Source: an uncultured Actinomycetes bacterium
GTDB lineage: Bacteria; Actinomycetota; Thermoleophilia; RBG-16-64-13
Direction: 5' to 3'
Assembly (NCBI GenBank): GCA_963747275.1
Contig: CAVVEI010000012.1
Coordinates: forward strand, 86,388-150,387
DNA length: 64,000 nt
Each line of letters begins with the position of its first letter. Within the stretch, counting starts at the first letter, position 1. A program made the translations under genes and the position numbers. Positions 42,183-54,781 of the stretch are shown here, in pieces. A model generated the notes under the pieces. It was not told the origin of the DNA. It was given only the letters and a program-made list of their open reading frames with translations, and did not search any database.

Positions 42183-42590
42183 CTACATCTCTTGCCACGT
42201 ATTGGGTTCTTGGTTGGAATCCAAACCTGCCGCCGCTCTAAGGCTCTGCCCGGTAGCCGAGTGCTCTTCGAGCAAGGCCTCGCGGATGAGCGCGCAGGCC
42301 TGCACGAACTTGGGATTGGTCACCGAATAGTAGACTGTCTGCCCCTCTTTGCGCGCTCTCACCAGCAGTCTCTCCCTAAGGATGCGCAGGTGTTGAGAGA
42401 CGTTGTGCACCGAGATGCCGAGCTCGCCGGCCAGGTCGCTCACACACTTCTCACCGTCTTTGAGCGTGTGCATGATAGCCAGGCGGTATTGGTTGGCGAG
42501 CGCTTGGCACATGTCGGCGTGCATCTCGAACAACGGGCGCGGGTCTGACGCTGCTCCGCCCTCTGCCGGCTTGTTATCCTGTATTTGCAT
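42183..42590 (-). CDS. ArsR/SmtB family regulator
   Basis: [35 protein letters not shown]. Confidence 0.9.
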   Translation of the reverse strand: MQIQDNKPAEGGAASDPRPLFEMHADMCQALANQYRLAIMHTLKDGEKCVSDLAGELGISVHNVSQHLRILRERLLVRARKEGQTVYYSVTNPKFVQACALIREALLEEHSATGQSLRAAAGLDSNQEPNTWQEM

Positions 42591-42697
42591 ACTTACTTAT
42601 ATACTCCACCACGCATACGGTGTCAAGGTGTGTTTCGCCGCCCGCCGAGAGATACACTGATTGCGGTGTAACGCGGCGACTAGCCGTAGGGGGGACC

Positions 42698-43401
42698 ATG
42701 GCGCTTCGCAAGATAGTCGAGATCGACAGAGAGCTGTGCAACGGCTGCGGCTTATGCACCACCGCCTGCGCCGAAGGGGCGCTCGCGTTGGACGGCGAGA
42801 ACAAGGCCGTGCTGCTTCGTGATCTGTACTGTGACGGCATGGGTGTGTGCTTGGACGTCTGCCCTACCGGAGCCCTCACCATAGTCGAGCGCGATAGTGA
42901 GGCCTACAACTCCGATGCCGCCTTCGAGCACGTCGTTCACACGCGCGGCCCCGAAGCGGCCGCCGCGGTTCACCAAGGGCCCGGGGCGGGCTCAGCACCC
43001 GACGCACCTTCCGGAGCCCGGTCCGCCCCCTCCGAGCTTACGCAGTGGCCCATCCAACTACAGCTGATCTCGCCGCAGGCCCCCTATTTTGAGAATGCCG
43101 ACCTGCTTATCGCCGCCGACTGTACCGCTTTCGCCCGTGGCAGCTTTCACGCAGACCTCATGCGCGGACGCAAGATGGTGATCGCCTGCCCCAAGCTGGA
43201 CGACACGGACCCTACGTCGACAAACTTGCTGAGCTTTTCCGCGTAGGCCATCTCAAGTCGATCACAGTCGCCCTGATGACCGTACCCTGCTGCGGCGGGC
43301 TGCAACGCATCGTCGAGCGTGCTGTCGAACTCTCGGGTAGCGACCTCCCAGTACACACCGCCATCATCGGGCTCGACGGGGAGATAGTCCTAGAGACCTA
43401 G
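42698..43401 (+). CDS. 4Fe-4S ferredoxin-domain protein (frameshift near 43215)
   Basis: [39 protein letters not shown], then VPCCGG in the shifted frame. Confidence 0.82.
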
Positions 43402-44594
43402 GAGCGCGCGGGCACTTTGAAGAAGGCCGCGCCCAGAGCGCCTACGGCACCGAATGCCGCCAGCGTCAGGTAGCCCACCGTGTATCCCAGTCCGCGGTCC
43501 AGCACCAGGCCAAAGAGCCAAGGCGCCAGAGTGGAGATGCCGAACCCCACCAGGTTGATGAACCCGGCCGCGGGACCCACGTGCTCGATGCTGGGCACCA
43601 CCTCGGGTATCACCGCAAAGCGCGGAGAGAAGTAGGCCAGACTGAAGAACCCCACCAAGGCGACTACCACGAACACCAGCACCCTGCCGGGCACCAGGGG
43701 CACCAAGGCGGTGCACACCGTCATCGCGATCATGGCGCCTGCGATGACAGGCATCCGGCCCACTCGCGTAGCCACCGCCGCGCCCACGGGCGCCCCCAGC
43801 AGTTGAGCCGCTGCCAGTCCGGCCGTCAAGTAAGCAGCGACCGCGGCGCTGGACGTGTACTCAACAGCGAGAAAGTCGGGGGTCCATATGAGCACCCCGG
43901 TGCCTACCGCCAGCGAAGCCGCGTTGAACAGACCCAGCAGAAGTACGTTGCGATTCAGCGTGAGCGCACCCAAGGTCCGCCCCACCGCCTGAGGTGGGGC
44001 CGACCGGGGCGGCTCTAGGGGAAGAGCGCGCACAGGCCGCTGGCTGAGGGCAATCAGCCCTACCGCAAGGGCAAGACCGGCGGTGGCAAGGTAGACAGCC
44101 CTAAAGCCACCCAATATGGCTACGCCGGGCATCACTGTCAGCGCGGTGAGTGCACCCAGTCCCTTGCCACCCGCAAAGATACCCCAGCCCCGAGTCCGAG
44201 CCTCGGGCGCCAGATACCTCGCGATCACGAGGCTGCTGGCCGGAAGCACCATGCCCCCTCCCAGGCCCTGGAGTATCCGACCGGTCAAGAAGCCCGCGTA
44301 AGAGGAGGTGAGACCGAACACCAACGAACCCGCTACAAAGAGGGCGCAGCTGAGGGCCAAGACCCTGCCGCCCCAGCGCGCGGCCAGAAAGCCCGCAGGA
44401 ATACCGACGGCCCCGTAGGCGAACATGAAGACAGAAGTCAGTAGACCCAACGCCGAGGCAGAGAAGTGAAACCGTGCCTGCAGCTCAGCGGTCACCACCG
44501 CCATGAGCGCCAACGTGAGCGTCGACATGAGGTAGAAGAGCATCAGCACGACAGCGAGGGTGTCGCTGCCGCGCAGGCGGCGGGCGTTAGCCAA
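43398..44594 (-). CDS. MFS transporter
   Basis: About 12 TM segments; GFLAARWGGR motif A; GRILQGLG. Confidence 0.88.
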   Translation of the reverse strand: MANARRLRGSDTLAVVLMLFYLMSTLTLALMAVVTAELQARFHFSASALGLLTSVFMFAYGAVGIPAGFLAARWGGRVLALSCALFVAGSLVFGLTSSYAGFLTGRILQGLGGGMVLPASSLVIARYLAPEARTRGWGIFAGGKGLGALTALTVMPGVAILGGFRAVYLATAGLALAVGLIALSQRPVRALPLEPPRSAPPQAVGRTLGALTLNRNVLLLGLFNAASLAVGTGVLIWTPDFLAVEYTSSAAVAAYLTAGLAAAQLLGAPVGAAVATRVGRMPVIAGAMIAMTVCTALVPLVPGRVLVFVVVALVGFFSLAYFSPRFAVIPEVVPSIEHVGPAAGFINLVGFGISTLAPWLFGLVLDRGLGYTVGYLTLAAFGAVGALGAAFFKVPARS

Positions 44595-45996
44595 TATCGG
44601 ACAAGATAGCCGGGTCGACCGCGGGTATCTGCCCCTTGTTGGACGGATTGAGGACCCCCAGGATAGTCCGCTTGTACCGCCCACGGATGCGTTCTTGCAG
44701 GTCCACCACCATTCCCGGCTCGCCCCCCACGATCACCCGCACCTGGGGCCGGTCCAAAGGAGTGCCTATCGCCGGCGGCTTGCACACCACACCGGCTTCC
44801 CCACTTCCCAGCACCACCACGGTGCCCGTGGGATAGAGGCCCATGACCTCCACGAACAACTTCACCAAGACAGGATCGTACTGCTTGCCCTTGCCCTGCA
44901 CTATTATCACCACCGCTTCGGGCGGCGTGAGGTTGACCTTGCGGTAGACGCGCGCCGTGGTCAGGGCATCGAAGCAGTCCGCTATGGCCACGATCCCCCC
45001 AAAAAGCGTAAGGGAGTCCTTGAAGCGCACAGCAGGATAACCGCTCAGGTCGTAGTTGAGATGATGCTCGAAAGCGACGACCACCGACCTCATCATCGAG
45101 TGAGTCAGGCGCTGCCCCCCCAGCAGGGCGTTCGCCGCCATCACCGGGTGAAGCCGCATCTCATCCCACTCTTTGGAGTCAAGCGCGCCGGGCTTGTTGA
45201 GGACGTCTGGGTCGACGCCCAGCTTGCCCGCGTCGTGCATGAAACCTGCCAGGCAGAGTTCGCCCAACATGGTCTTCTCCAGACCCAGCCGCTGACCCAA
45301 TATGGTGGCCAGCACCGCCACGTTGGTGGAGTGCAGGATAAGGTAGCGGTCGAAGTCCTTGATCGTCGTAAGCGTCAGCAGAGCCGTCGGATCGCGGAGT
45401 ATCTCATCCACCACGTTCTGGGTCACATGACGTGCCCTCCGGATGGTGGACGGCGCGATAACGCCCGTAGTCTCGTTGAGCTTCAAGCCTAGATGCATCG
45501 CTGCTGAATAGGCTAAGAGGGGAGTTATGGGTCTTTCATTGTGACCACTCGCCTGGTCGACGCTCTCGGCGTGTACCTTGTTCATGCGCCGGGCCAGCAG
45601 TATCTCTGCAAGCTCCTCGTACTCCGCGGGACGCGTCCTCGAGAGAAGAAGCAGAGCATCCTGCAGTTCTTCTCCCGCGATGCCCGCCTCGAAGGTCAGC
45701 GTGTTGATCCGCCACTCGTCGAAAAGCTGTATGAGACTTGCGAAGCGTCCGTAGGTAGAGACCGAAGTCGGTACCCGGGTCTTGTTCACGAAGACACAGT
45801 GGCTGTGCACACTGAAACTTACCGGTCCCGACTCGGCACCGGTCTGGCCGAGCAGACCCAGCAGCTCGTCACCGGCCTGCTGCATAACAGCGTTACCAGG
45901 GTCGTAGTAGCCCGCGGTGCGCACGGCCGCGGACAGGGCGGTGGTCAACTGTTGGCCGCGCTTGCTCGACTCTCTGTTCTCAGACCCGACGGTCAA
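44587..45996 (-). CDS. HD-GYP cyclic-dinucleotide phosphodiesterase
   Basis: HSTNV, MHDAGK, HP, EHH, SGYP, IADCFDALTT.R.YR. Confidence 0.9.
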   Translation of the reverse strand: MTVGSENRESSKRGQQLTTALSAAVRTAGYYDPGNAVMQQAGDELLGLLGQTGAESGPVSFSVHSHCVFVNKTRVPTSVSTYGRFASLIQLFDEWRINTLTFEAGIAGEELQDALLLLSRTRPAEYEELAEILLARRMNKVHAESVDQASGHNERPITPLLAYSAAMHLGLKLNETTGVIAPSTIRRARHVTQNVVDEILRDPTALLTLTTIKDFDRYLILHSTNVAVLATILGQRLGLEKTMLGELCLAGFMHDAGKLGVDPDVLNKPGALDSKEWDEMRLHPVMAANALLGGQRLTHSMMRSVVVAFEHHLNYDLSGYPAVRFKDSLTLFGGIVAIADCFDALTTARVYRKVNLTPPEAVVIIVQGKGKQYDPVLVKLFVEVMGLYPTGTVVVLGSGEAGVVCKPPAIGTPLDRPQVRVIVGGEPGMVVDLQERIRGRYKRTILGVLNPSNKGQIPAVDPAILSDIG

Positions 45997-47712
45997 GAGT
46001 CCGTCCCCTTCGTACGTGCCTGAACCTCACCCATAGCACGCGCTGCTGCCCTCTGTACCTGAGGCTCGTCACCATTTATCGCCTCAGAGAGCGCCTTGCC
46101 GGCGGCGGCTCCTCCTACCGCCCCCAGTGCGGTCACGGCCGCCACGCGCAGAGACAGCGGGCGAGTGCCGAACACCCTGCGCTTCCAGATCTTGTTCAGC
46201 GTCTCCAAGGTCCTCTCGCCACCGAGAGTCGCGTATGCCACCAAGAAGGCCTCGACCTCCTCGGCGGAGCGGGTCTCGAAGTCCCTAGAATCCACTTGTG
46301 TCTGCACGGCGGCGAAGTGGGCTCTGTTGCGCTGACGCGCAAGGCCGCGCGCCGCCAAAGTGCGAACCGCCGAATCCTCGTCGCCCAGAGCCCTCACCAG
46401 CGCGGGCTGTGATCTGGCGTCGGTCAACGTAGCCAGGCTTCTGGCCACCTCGCGCCTCACCCTGACGTCGCCGTGGCGCAGCAGAGGGTCCAGATGCGCG
46501 GCTAGTTCGGGGTCACCTGTCGCGGTGGCCAACTGCACGGCGTTGCGTACCACATACCAGCGATCGTCCTCCAGGAGGGGCCACAGATGGAGTGCCGGCG
46601 TGCCGCCCTCCGAGTAGAGCAGATCGAGCACTGTCTTGCGGACCACCTTGTCACTACTGGTGACAAGGGTCTCCAGGAGCGCCGGGTAGATGGACCTTCG
46701 CACCCTGGTGAGAAACTGCTCGATGCCCTGCCCGACCTCCGGAGACGCTGCCGCAGCGGCAGTGATCATCTTGCTTAGATGCTCCGCCGTGGCCGCCCCT
46801 CCAAACACCCTCTCGACCGTTCCCTCGGAGATGACTCCCTCACTCTCCAGCTTCTCCAGGTTGCCGAGCACCAGGTCGAGTCCATCCTGGCTCAGATCGT
46901 CCAGATAGCGTCCCAGCACCGAGGAGAGCGCGCGGAGCACGGCTTCCTCTCCCCCGGACAACTTCGCTCGGATTGGCGACTATCTCGAGCAGGACCACAA
47001 CGAACTCCTCGAGCGGGTCGGTGGGATGCGACGCCAACCACTCCCCGCGCGCTATCTCTTCCTCTGTCAGAGCGAGACTCTCTTGGTCGAGCCTCCCTTG
47101 CTCCTCTCGTGTCATGCTGAGACCCGCGTCGGCGGGGTCGGCGCCTTCTTGGGGCGTGCCCTTGGCCTCGGCCTCGGCCTTGTCCACAGAACTGAGCTCG
47201 GTCAGCCGGCGGAGCACCGTGTCCCGAAGCTCATCGAAAGACTGGTCGCCGCCTCCATCCCCCTCGAGGAATGGATCGACCACGTCCAGACGGATGTGCA
47301 CCAGATCGTGCTCCCACAAAGCGGTGCTGAGATCGTGGTCGGTGTCCTGCATCTGGTCGGCGTGTGCCAGGCAATCTACCAAGGTCTCCAACTCATTCGA
47401 CTCGATGTCGGGAATCAACGTGAGATGACGGATGCCGTCGCGAAACATCAAGAAGGCCAGATTGTCTCTGCTGTCCGCGTAGGTGTAGACCTCTTCGCCT
47501 CCGAGCAGGAGCGTGCTTTCGGTCACTTGGAGCGCAAGGGGGCCCTGTGCGTCCAGATGTGAGTCGACCGTCTTGGCCAGGACTTCCATGGTGTTTCGAG
47601 CACTCGGATGGCCCGCGGGATAGAGCCGGTAGTCGCGATAGGCCTGGTGGATGCGCGCGCACACTCTCTTCGCCGACTCGACGGCCGCAGAGGAGCTATC
47701 CGCCCCGTTCAT
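45993..47712 (-). CDS. HEAT-repeat protein (frameshift near 46960)
   Basis: N-terminal LYPAGHP..FRDGIR, C-terminal repeats DDRWYVVRNAV, DVRVRREVA, DSAVRTLAA. Confidence 0.8.
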
Positions 47713-47813
47713 GCCGGTCCTTCAATGGTGCTCATCCTCCGAGACCCCCGAGGAAGATAGGCTGCACGCAAGCAAAAATCTTACCACCCGCCGTGGCCGG
47801 TACCTCTCTACGT

Positions 47814-49433
<1,620 letters not shown>

Positions 49434-49544
49434 CGCTGCGTCCCCCTGCCCAGAGCGTCCATACCGGTACTCTCTCCTTCGTCGACGCCCGACATACTCA
49501 CCACACCCTGCATACTTTAGACCCCTGCGAGGTAAAGTGAGGCC

Positions 49545-50563
49545 ATGGGCGAGATGGACCGCAGAACCTTCCTGCTTGCCACGGGTCGCTGGCTGGCTGT
49601 GGCCGCCCTCGCTCCCACCGTCTCGGGCTGCGCCCGACTGCTTCGCTGGTCGGACTCGCAGGGAGGCCTGAACGACAGCGACACGGTCTCGGTCGGTGGG
49701 CTCGAGACATCGACCACCGAGCTCGGCGCCCCGGCCACCACGACCACCTCGCTGGCCGTCCCCGACCTCGCGGTCATCACAGGCGAGTCCCCGGATCTGA
49801 ACGTCCGTGCGCGCCGTAGCTCAATTGGGCGGCATGGAACGCTTCGTCAAACGGAACGCCAAGGTCGTGGTCAAGCCGAACGTCCTCACGGGTAGGGCCC
49901 CCGAATACGCGGTGTGCACCAACCCTCTGGTGATCGGCGCCATCGTACGCATGTGCTATGAAGCTGGTGCGGCCGAGGTCACGGTTCTCGACAATCCCAC
50001 CAGCAGCGCGCGTGCCGCTTTCCAGGAGGCCGGCCTGACCCAGGCCACACAAGAGGCCGGGGGCACCGTCAAGTACCTCAGCAACCGCAACTTCGAGACC
50101 GTGAAGATACCCGGCGCCGAGGCCCTGACCTCATGGCCCCTGGTCACCGACGTCTTCGAGGCCGACACCTTCATCAACGTGCCCATCTGCAAGCACCATG
50201 GCGGAGCCGGGCTCACGCTGGCCACCAAGAACCTGATGGGCATAATGGGAGGCAACCGGGGCAAGATCCACACCAGGATGGCGGCAAAGCTCGCCGACCT
50301 CTGCTACCATCGTCAAGCCGCAACTTGTCATACTGGATGCTTACCGCACCCTTGTGCGCAACGGGCCAGGCGGAGGCAGCCTCAAAGACGTCACCATGCC
50401 CAAAGTCTGCGTGGCGGGCACCAACCAGGTGGCCATAGATGCCTATGGCTGCAAGATCATGGGGTGGGACCCGATGGACCTCGCCACGGTGGTTGAAGGC
50501 GCCCGCCGGGGCCAGGGCGACCCCGACCTGTCTCACTACAACATCTACCAGGGGAGCACGTGA
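49545..50563 (+). CDS. Tat-signal DUF362 family protein (two frameshifts)
   Basis: MDRRTFLL..VSGC; LGGMERFV, VVKPN, INVP.CKHH, KNLMG, VAIDAY. Confidence 0.82.
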
Positions 50564-52116
50564 TGGCGCGCCGCGGCCGCAGGCGACGCGGCCTGCACCG
50601 CTACAGGCGGCTGTTTCAAGTCTTCTTCTTGCTGGTCTTTCTCACGCTCCTCACCCTGACCTTCTGGCCCTTGGGCACGCTGCTCATGAGCGCCTTCCTG
50701 CTTGCCGACCCGCTGTTGGCAGTCAATTCGGTGGTCAACGGCGTGCTCCGCTGGGAGTTCCTGCTGGCCCTACCGGTCTTGCTCAGCCCCCTCTTCATCG
50801 GTCGTGCCTTCTGCGGATATGCCTGCCCGATGGGCTTCATGATCGAGTTGTTCGGGCCGCGCCGCGAGCGCCATCCCGGGCCGCGAGCGCGCAAAGTGCT
50901 CCGTAAGATACCCGCGTTCGGTCTGGTGGTGGTGCTGGCTCTCATAGTGTTCGGCAGCGCCGTGTTCTTGGTCTTCGATCCTATCTCTCTGTTCACACGC
51001 TCCGCCTCGACGTTGGTGTACCCCACGGTAGACCGTGGCCTCCGACTGATCGGGGACCTGCTCTACTTGGCCCCTCCGCTGCAGGGTGGAGTCGATTCGG
51101 CCACCGAGTTCCTCACCGGCCGGCTGGTTTTCGGCAACGGTCTCGCCTACAGACTCCAGCTCGTCATTCTGGTCATGTTCGTCGCTCTCCTTGCCATCTC
51201 ATGGATAGAACGGCGTATATGGTGCCGCCACTTGTGCCCCCTGGGCGCGCTGCTGGGACTGGTCGGCCGCGCCGCCATCTTCGGCCGAGTGATCGAAGAT
51301 AGCCAGTGCACCACCTGCGGAGCCTGCGCGGACGCATGTCCCATGGATGCTGTCCGCGACAGTGGCCACTCCACCGACTGTTCGCGCTGCGAGGCCGGAC
51401 TGGAGTGTGCCGATGCCTGCCCGCAGAATGCCATCCACTGGGGACTCAAGCCCCGCAAAGAACACGCGCACGATCCCAGCCGCCGTGCCCTCCTCAAGGC
51501 GGGCGGCCTAGCGGTAGTCGGAGGGTTCTTTCTCTTCACCGGGCTGGGCCGCATCCAGCGCAACACTTGGCTCATCCGACCCCCGGGCTCCAGGAGCGAG
51601 CTCGACTTCTTGGCCACCTGTGCCCGTTGCGCACAGTGCATGAAGTCCTGCCCCACCAACGTCATCCAGCCGGCGGTCTTCGACGCCGGCATCGAAGGCT
51701 TCTTCACGCCGCAGATGGACTACCGCAGGGGCTACTGCGACTGGAACTGTAACGAGTGCGGCAAGGTCTGCCCCACCCAGGCCATCCGCGAGTTGCCTCT
51801 CGAGCAGAAGCGCCTGAAGGTCATCGGAAGGGCATATATCGATCACAACACCTGCATACCCTGGTCTGAAGGGCACGACTGCCTACTCTGCCAGGAGGTC
51901 TGCCCGGTGCCCGAGAAGGCCATCATCTTCAGCACCGGCAAGACGTCGAGCGCCCTCCCCGTAGCCGAGGGTGGGCAACAGGCACCGGCCAAGCTCCCAA
52001 TAGTCGTTCCTAACCGCTGCATAGGCTGCGGAAACTGTGAGTACAACTGTCCGGTGAACAACGGAGCCGCGATTCGGGTCCGCTCGGTCACGCAGACACA
52101 GATCCTCTCTCGCTAA
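50560..52116 (+). CDS. NapH/MauN-like membrane polyferredoxin fused to NapG/MauM-like domain
   Basis: GRAFCGYACPMG, WCRHLCPLG, several CxxCxxCxxxCP, internal SRRALL, IRPPG. Confidence 0.85.
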   Translation: MMARRGRRRRGLHRYRRLFQVFFLLVFLTLLTLTFWPLGTLLMSAFLLADPLLAVNSVVNGVLRWEFLLALPVLLSPLFIGRAFCGYACPMGFMIELFGPRRERHPGPRARKVLRKIPAFGLVVVLALIVFGSAVFLVFDPISLFTRSASTLVYPTVDRGLRLIGDLLYLAPPLQGGVDSATEFLTGRLVFGNGLAYRLQLVILVMFVALLAISWIERRIWCRHLCPLGALLGLVGRAAIFGRVIEDSQCTTCGACADACPMDAVRDSGHSTDCSRCEAGLECADACPQNAIHWGLKPRKEHAHDPSRRALLKAGGLAVVGGFFLFTGLGRIQRNTWLIRPPGSRSELDFLATCARCAQCMKSCPTNVIQPAVFDAGIEGFFTPQMDYRRGYCDWNCNECGKVCPTQAIRELPLEQKRLKVIGRAYIDHNTCIPWSEGHDCLLCQEVCPVPEKAIIFSTGKTSSALPVAEGGQQAPAKLPIVVPNRCIGCGNCEYNCPVNNGAAIRVRSVTQTQILSR

Positions 52117-52126
52117 CGCTTGCGCC

Positions 52127-52182
52127 CCCCATGCCCCTTTGCACCGGCAGCGCGGTGCGACTCCTCTCAAAGGGGCATGGGG
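52127..52182. terminator. Long hairpin after the polyferredoxin gene
   Basis: CCCCATGCCCCTTTG ... CAAAGGGGCATGGGG (15 bp). Confidence 0.55.
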
Positions 52183-52263
52183 AGCGGCGTTTCATAGCCC
52201 AATACGGGGGTCACGGGCCGCGTGGCGCCGAGTCACAACGGGAGGGTCCAAACTCCGAACCAT

Positions 52264-52357
52264 GCCGTCAGAACGTCGCCGTGGAGTGGTCGAGAGACCT
52301 TGAACGCGGGCGGAGCGGCGACGTTCTGACGGCCCCCTTGAACGCGGACGGAGCGGC
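52264..52357. repeat. Conserved-loop hairpin element, copy A
   Basis: Arms 52264-52282 and 52315-52333; loop GGAGTGGTCGAGAGACCTTGAACGCGGGCGGA; trailing CCTTGAACGCGGACGGAGCGG. Confidence 0.9.
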
Positions 52358-52401
52358 AAAGCCCTTGCCGTGCCGGAGCGCCTCCAGCTAGGACCGTCGC
52401 A

Positions 52402-52468
52402 GTCACCGGGCATCGCTGCGCAGTGTCGAGAGACCTTGAACGCGGACGGAGCAGCGATGCCCGGTGAC
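52402..52468. repeat. Conserved-loop hairpin element, copy B
   Basis: Perfect 18-bp arms GTCACCGGGCATCGCTGC/GCAGCGATGCCCGGTGAC; loop GCAGTGTCGAGAGACCTTGAACGCGGACGGA. Confidence 0.9.
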
Positions 52469-52549
52469 CGCCGCAAGGTTTCGTGTCCGACCTCTCAGCT
52501 AGGCTGTGCTGGTCAGGCCTGCGCGACCAAATCTTGAGAGGAGAGACCA

Positions 52550-54707
52550 GCGCCGGACATCGACTACAGATCGGACGAGACCCCCATCGGCAGGGTACTT
52601 GCCGGGCTCAACGACCAACAGCGGGCAGCCGTACTTCACGGAGGCGAGCCCCTGCTGGTGGTCGCCGGCGCGGGCACCGGCAAGACAGCTACCCTCGCTC
52701 ATCGTGTGGCCTACCGCATAGCTATGGGCAGCGACCCGGGGAGCATCTTGCTGCTCACTTTCACCCGCAGGGCCGCCGCAGAGATGTTGCGACGTGTCGA
52801 TGAGATACTGCGGCGCCTCGATACCGAGACCCGCTCTCAAGGGAGCGCCGCGCCCGCTGCGCGGGCGCCGGCCTCGGGCAAGGTCTGGGGGGGCACATTT
52901 CACGCGATCGCCGCCCGGCTCCTCCGCCTGCACGGCCGCGCCATCGGGCTTGACCCGTCCTTCACCATCCTCGACCGATCCGATGCCGAAGACCTCATGG
53001 GCATGTTGCGCACCGAGTTGGGGCTGGCCAAGAACGATCGCCGCTTCCCACTCAAGAGCACCTGCACCGATATCTACAGCCGCTGCGTCAACGCCCGTGA
53101 GTCTGTGGAGCAGGCGGTCGCAGAACACTTCCCGTGGTGCAAGGAGGAGGTGGAGGACCTCCGCCGCCTCTTCGCGGCCTACGTGGATCACAAACAGGAA
53201 CGAGCCGTGCTCGACTACGACGACCTGCTGCTGTTTTGGCATGGGCTGCTGACCGAGCCCCGCGTCGCTCGTTCCATACGCGGCTGTTTCAAGCACGTCC
53301 TAGTCGACGAATACCAAGACACCAATCGACTGCAGGCGGAGACCCTGCGGCTTCTCTGTCCCGCTGGCGATGACCTCACCGTGGTCGGGGATGACGCTCA
53401 GGCCATCTACTCGTTCCGGGCTGCCACAGTAGACAACATCCTTGACTTCCCGAAGCAGTTCCCCGGGACGCGGATAGTGACCCTCGAGCAGAACTACCGC
53501 AGCACCCAGCCCATCCTCGATAGCACCAACGAGGTGATAGCCTGCGCCGCCGAACGCCATGCCAAGACACTCTGGTCTACGCGCAGAGGTGGGGCCAAAC
53601 CCCAGTTCGTGGCATGTCACGACGAGAACGAGCAGACTGAGTTCGTAGTCCGATCGGTGCTGGAGCATCGGGAGGCCGGCCTCGCCCTGCGCCGGCAGGC
53701 GGTGCTGTTCCGCGCCTCACATCACAGCCTGGCTCTGGAGCTGGAACTCGCGCGGCGCAACATCCCTTTTCGCAAGTACGGCGGCCTACGCTTCGTCGAG
53801 ACTGCCCACGTCAAAGACCTGCTTGCCTTTCTACGGCTGGCCGAGAACCCGAGAGACCTCATGGCCGGGACAAGGGTGCTCATGCTGCTGCCGGGCGTCG
53901 GGCCCAAGAGGGCCAAGACCCTACTCGACACTCTGATGGCAGCACCGCCCCCCGATGGTGAGGCGGCCACCGAAGTCTCTCCATTTCGCGACTTGGGCGA
54001 GCCTGCCTTCGCCTTCCCCAGCCGCGGCCGAAGCCTGGCCCCAGCTGGCAGAGTTGATGGCGACGATCTCGAGTCGCAGTCCGGGCGACCTGCCTTCACA
54101 GCTCAAGCGCATCAGGCTCTTCTACATTCCCCTCATGGAGCGCCTCTACGACAACGCTCGCGCTCGACTCATGGACCTCGAACAACTCGAGTGGCTGGCC
54201 GGCCGCTATCCCGACCGCGAACGCTTTCTCACCGAGGTCACCCTGGACCCACCTGCGTACACTGAAGACCTGGCCGGACCCCCGCTCTTGGACGAAGACT
54301 ATCTCATCCTCTCCACCATGCACTCGGCCAAGGGTCTCGAATGGGATGCGGTCTTCGTCATACACGCCTCCGATGGCAACATGCCCTCCGATATGGCCAC
54401 CGGCACCGCCGAAGAGATCGAAGAGGAGCGCCGCCTGTTCTATGTTGCGCTCACCCGCGCCAAGGACTGGCTACACGTCCTCTATCCGCTCCGCTACTAT
54501 GTGCACCCGCGCAGCTTCAGCGACACGCACGGATACGCACAGCCTACGCGCTTTGTGACCGATAGGGTCCGTGCGACCATGCAGCCACTCACAGCCTTAG
54601 AGTTCCTAGACCCCGAGTTGGCAGTCGGCGCTGACGGGGACGGCTGCGCTTCCGCCGGAGCGGTGACCACGGAAGACATCCGGCAGCGCCTCAAGTCGCT
54701 ACTGTAG
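52550..54707 (+). CDS. UvrD/PcrA-like SF1 helicase (start uncertain; frameshift near 53985)
   Basis: GLNDQQRAAV, AGAGTGKT, TFTRRAA, VDEYQDTN, VGDDAQAIYSFR, NYRS, STMHSAKGLEW, EERRLFYVALTRAK. Confidence 0.9.
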
Positions 54708-54781
54708 CCAGCACGGGGTGAGGAACGTGCGATAATCGGCGCGAGGTCTGCGTCAACACCGGCACACGAAGGGAGCGCGGG

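Noticed and set aside
52264-52468. CCTTGAACGCGG repeats as a CRISPR array
   Set aside because: Irregular spacing, intervening sequences form stem arms, and no cas genes.
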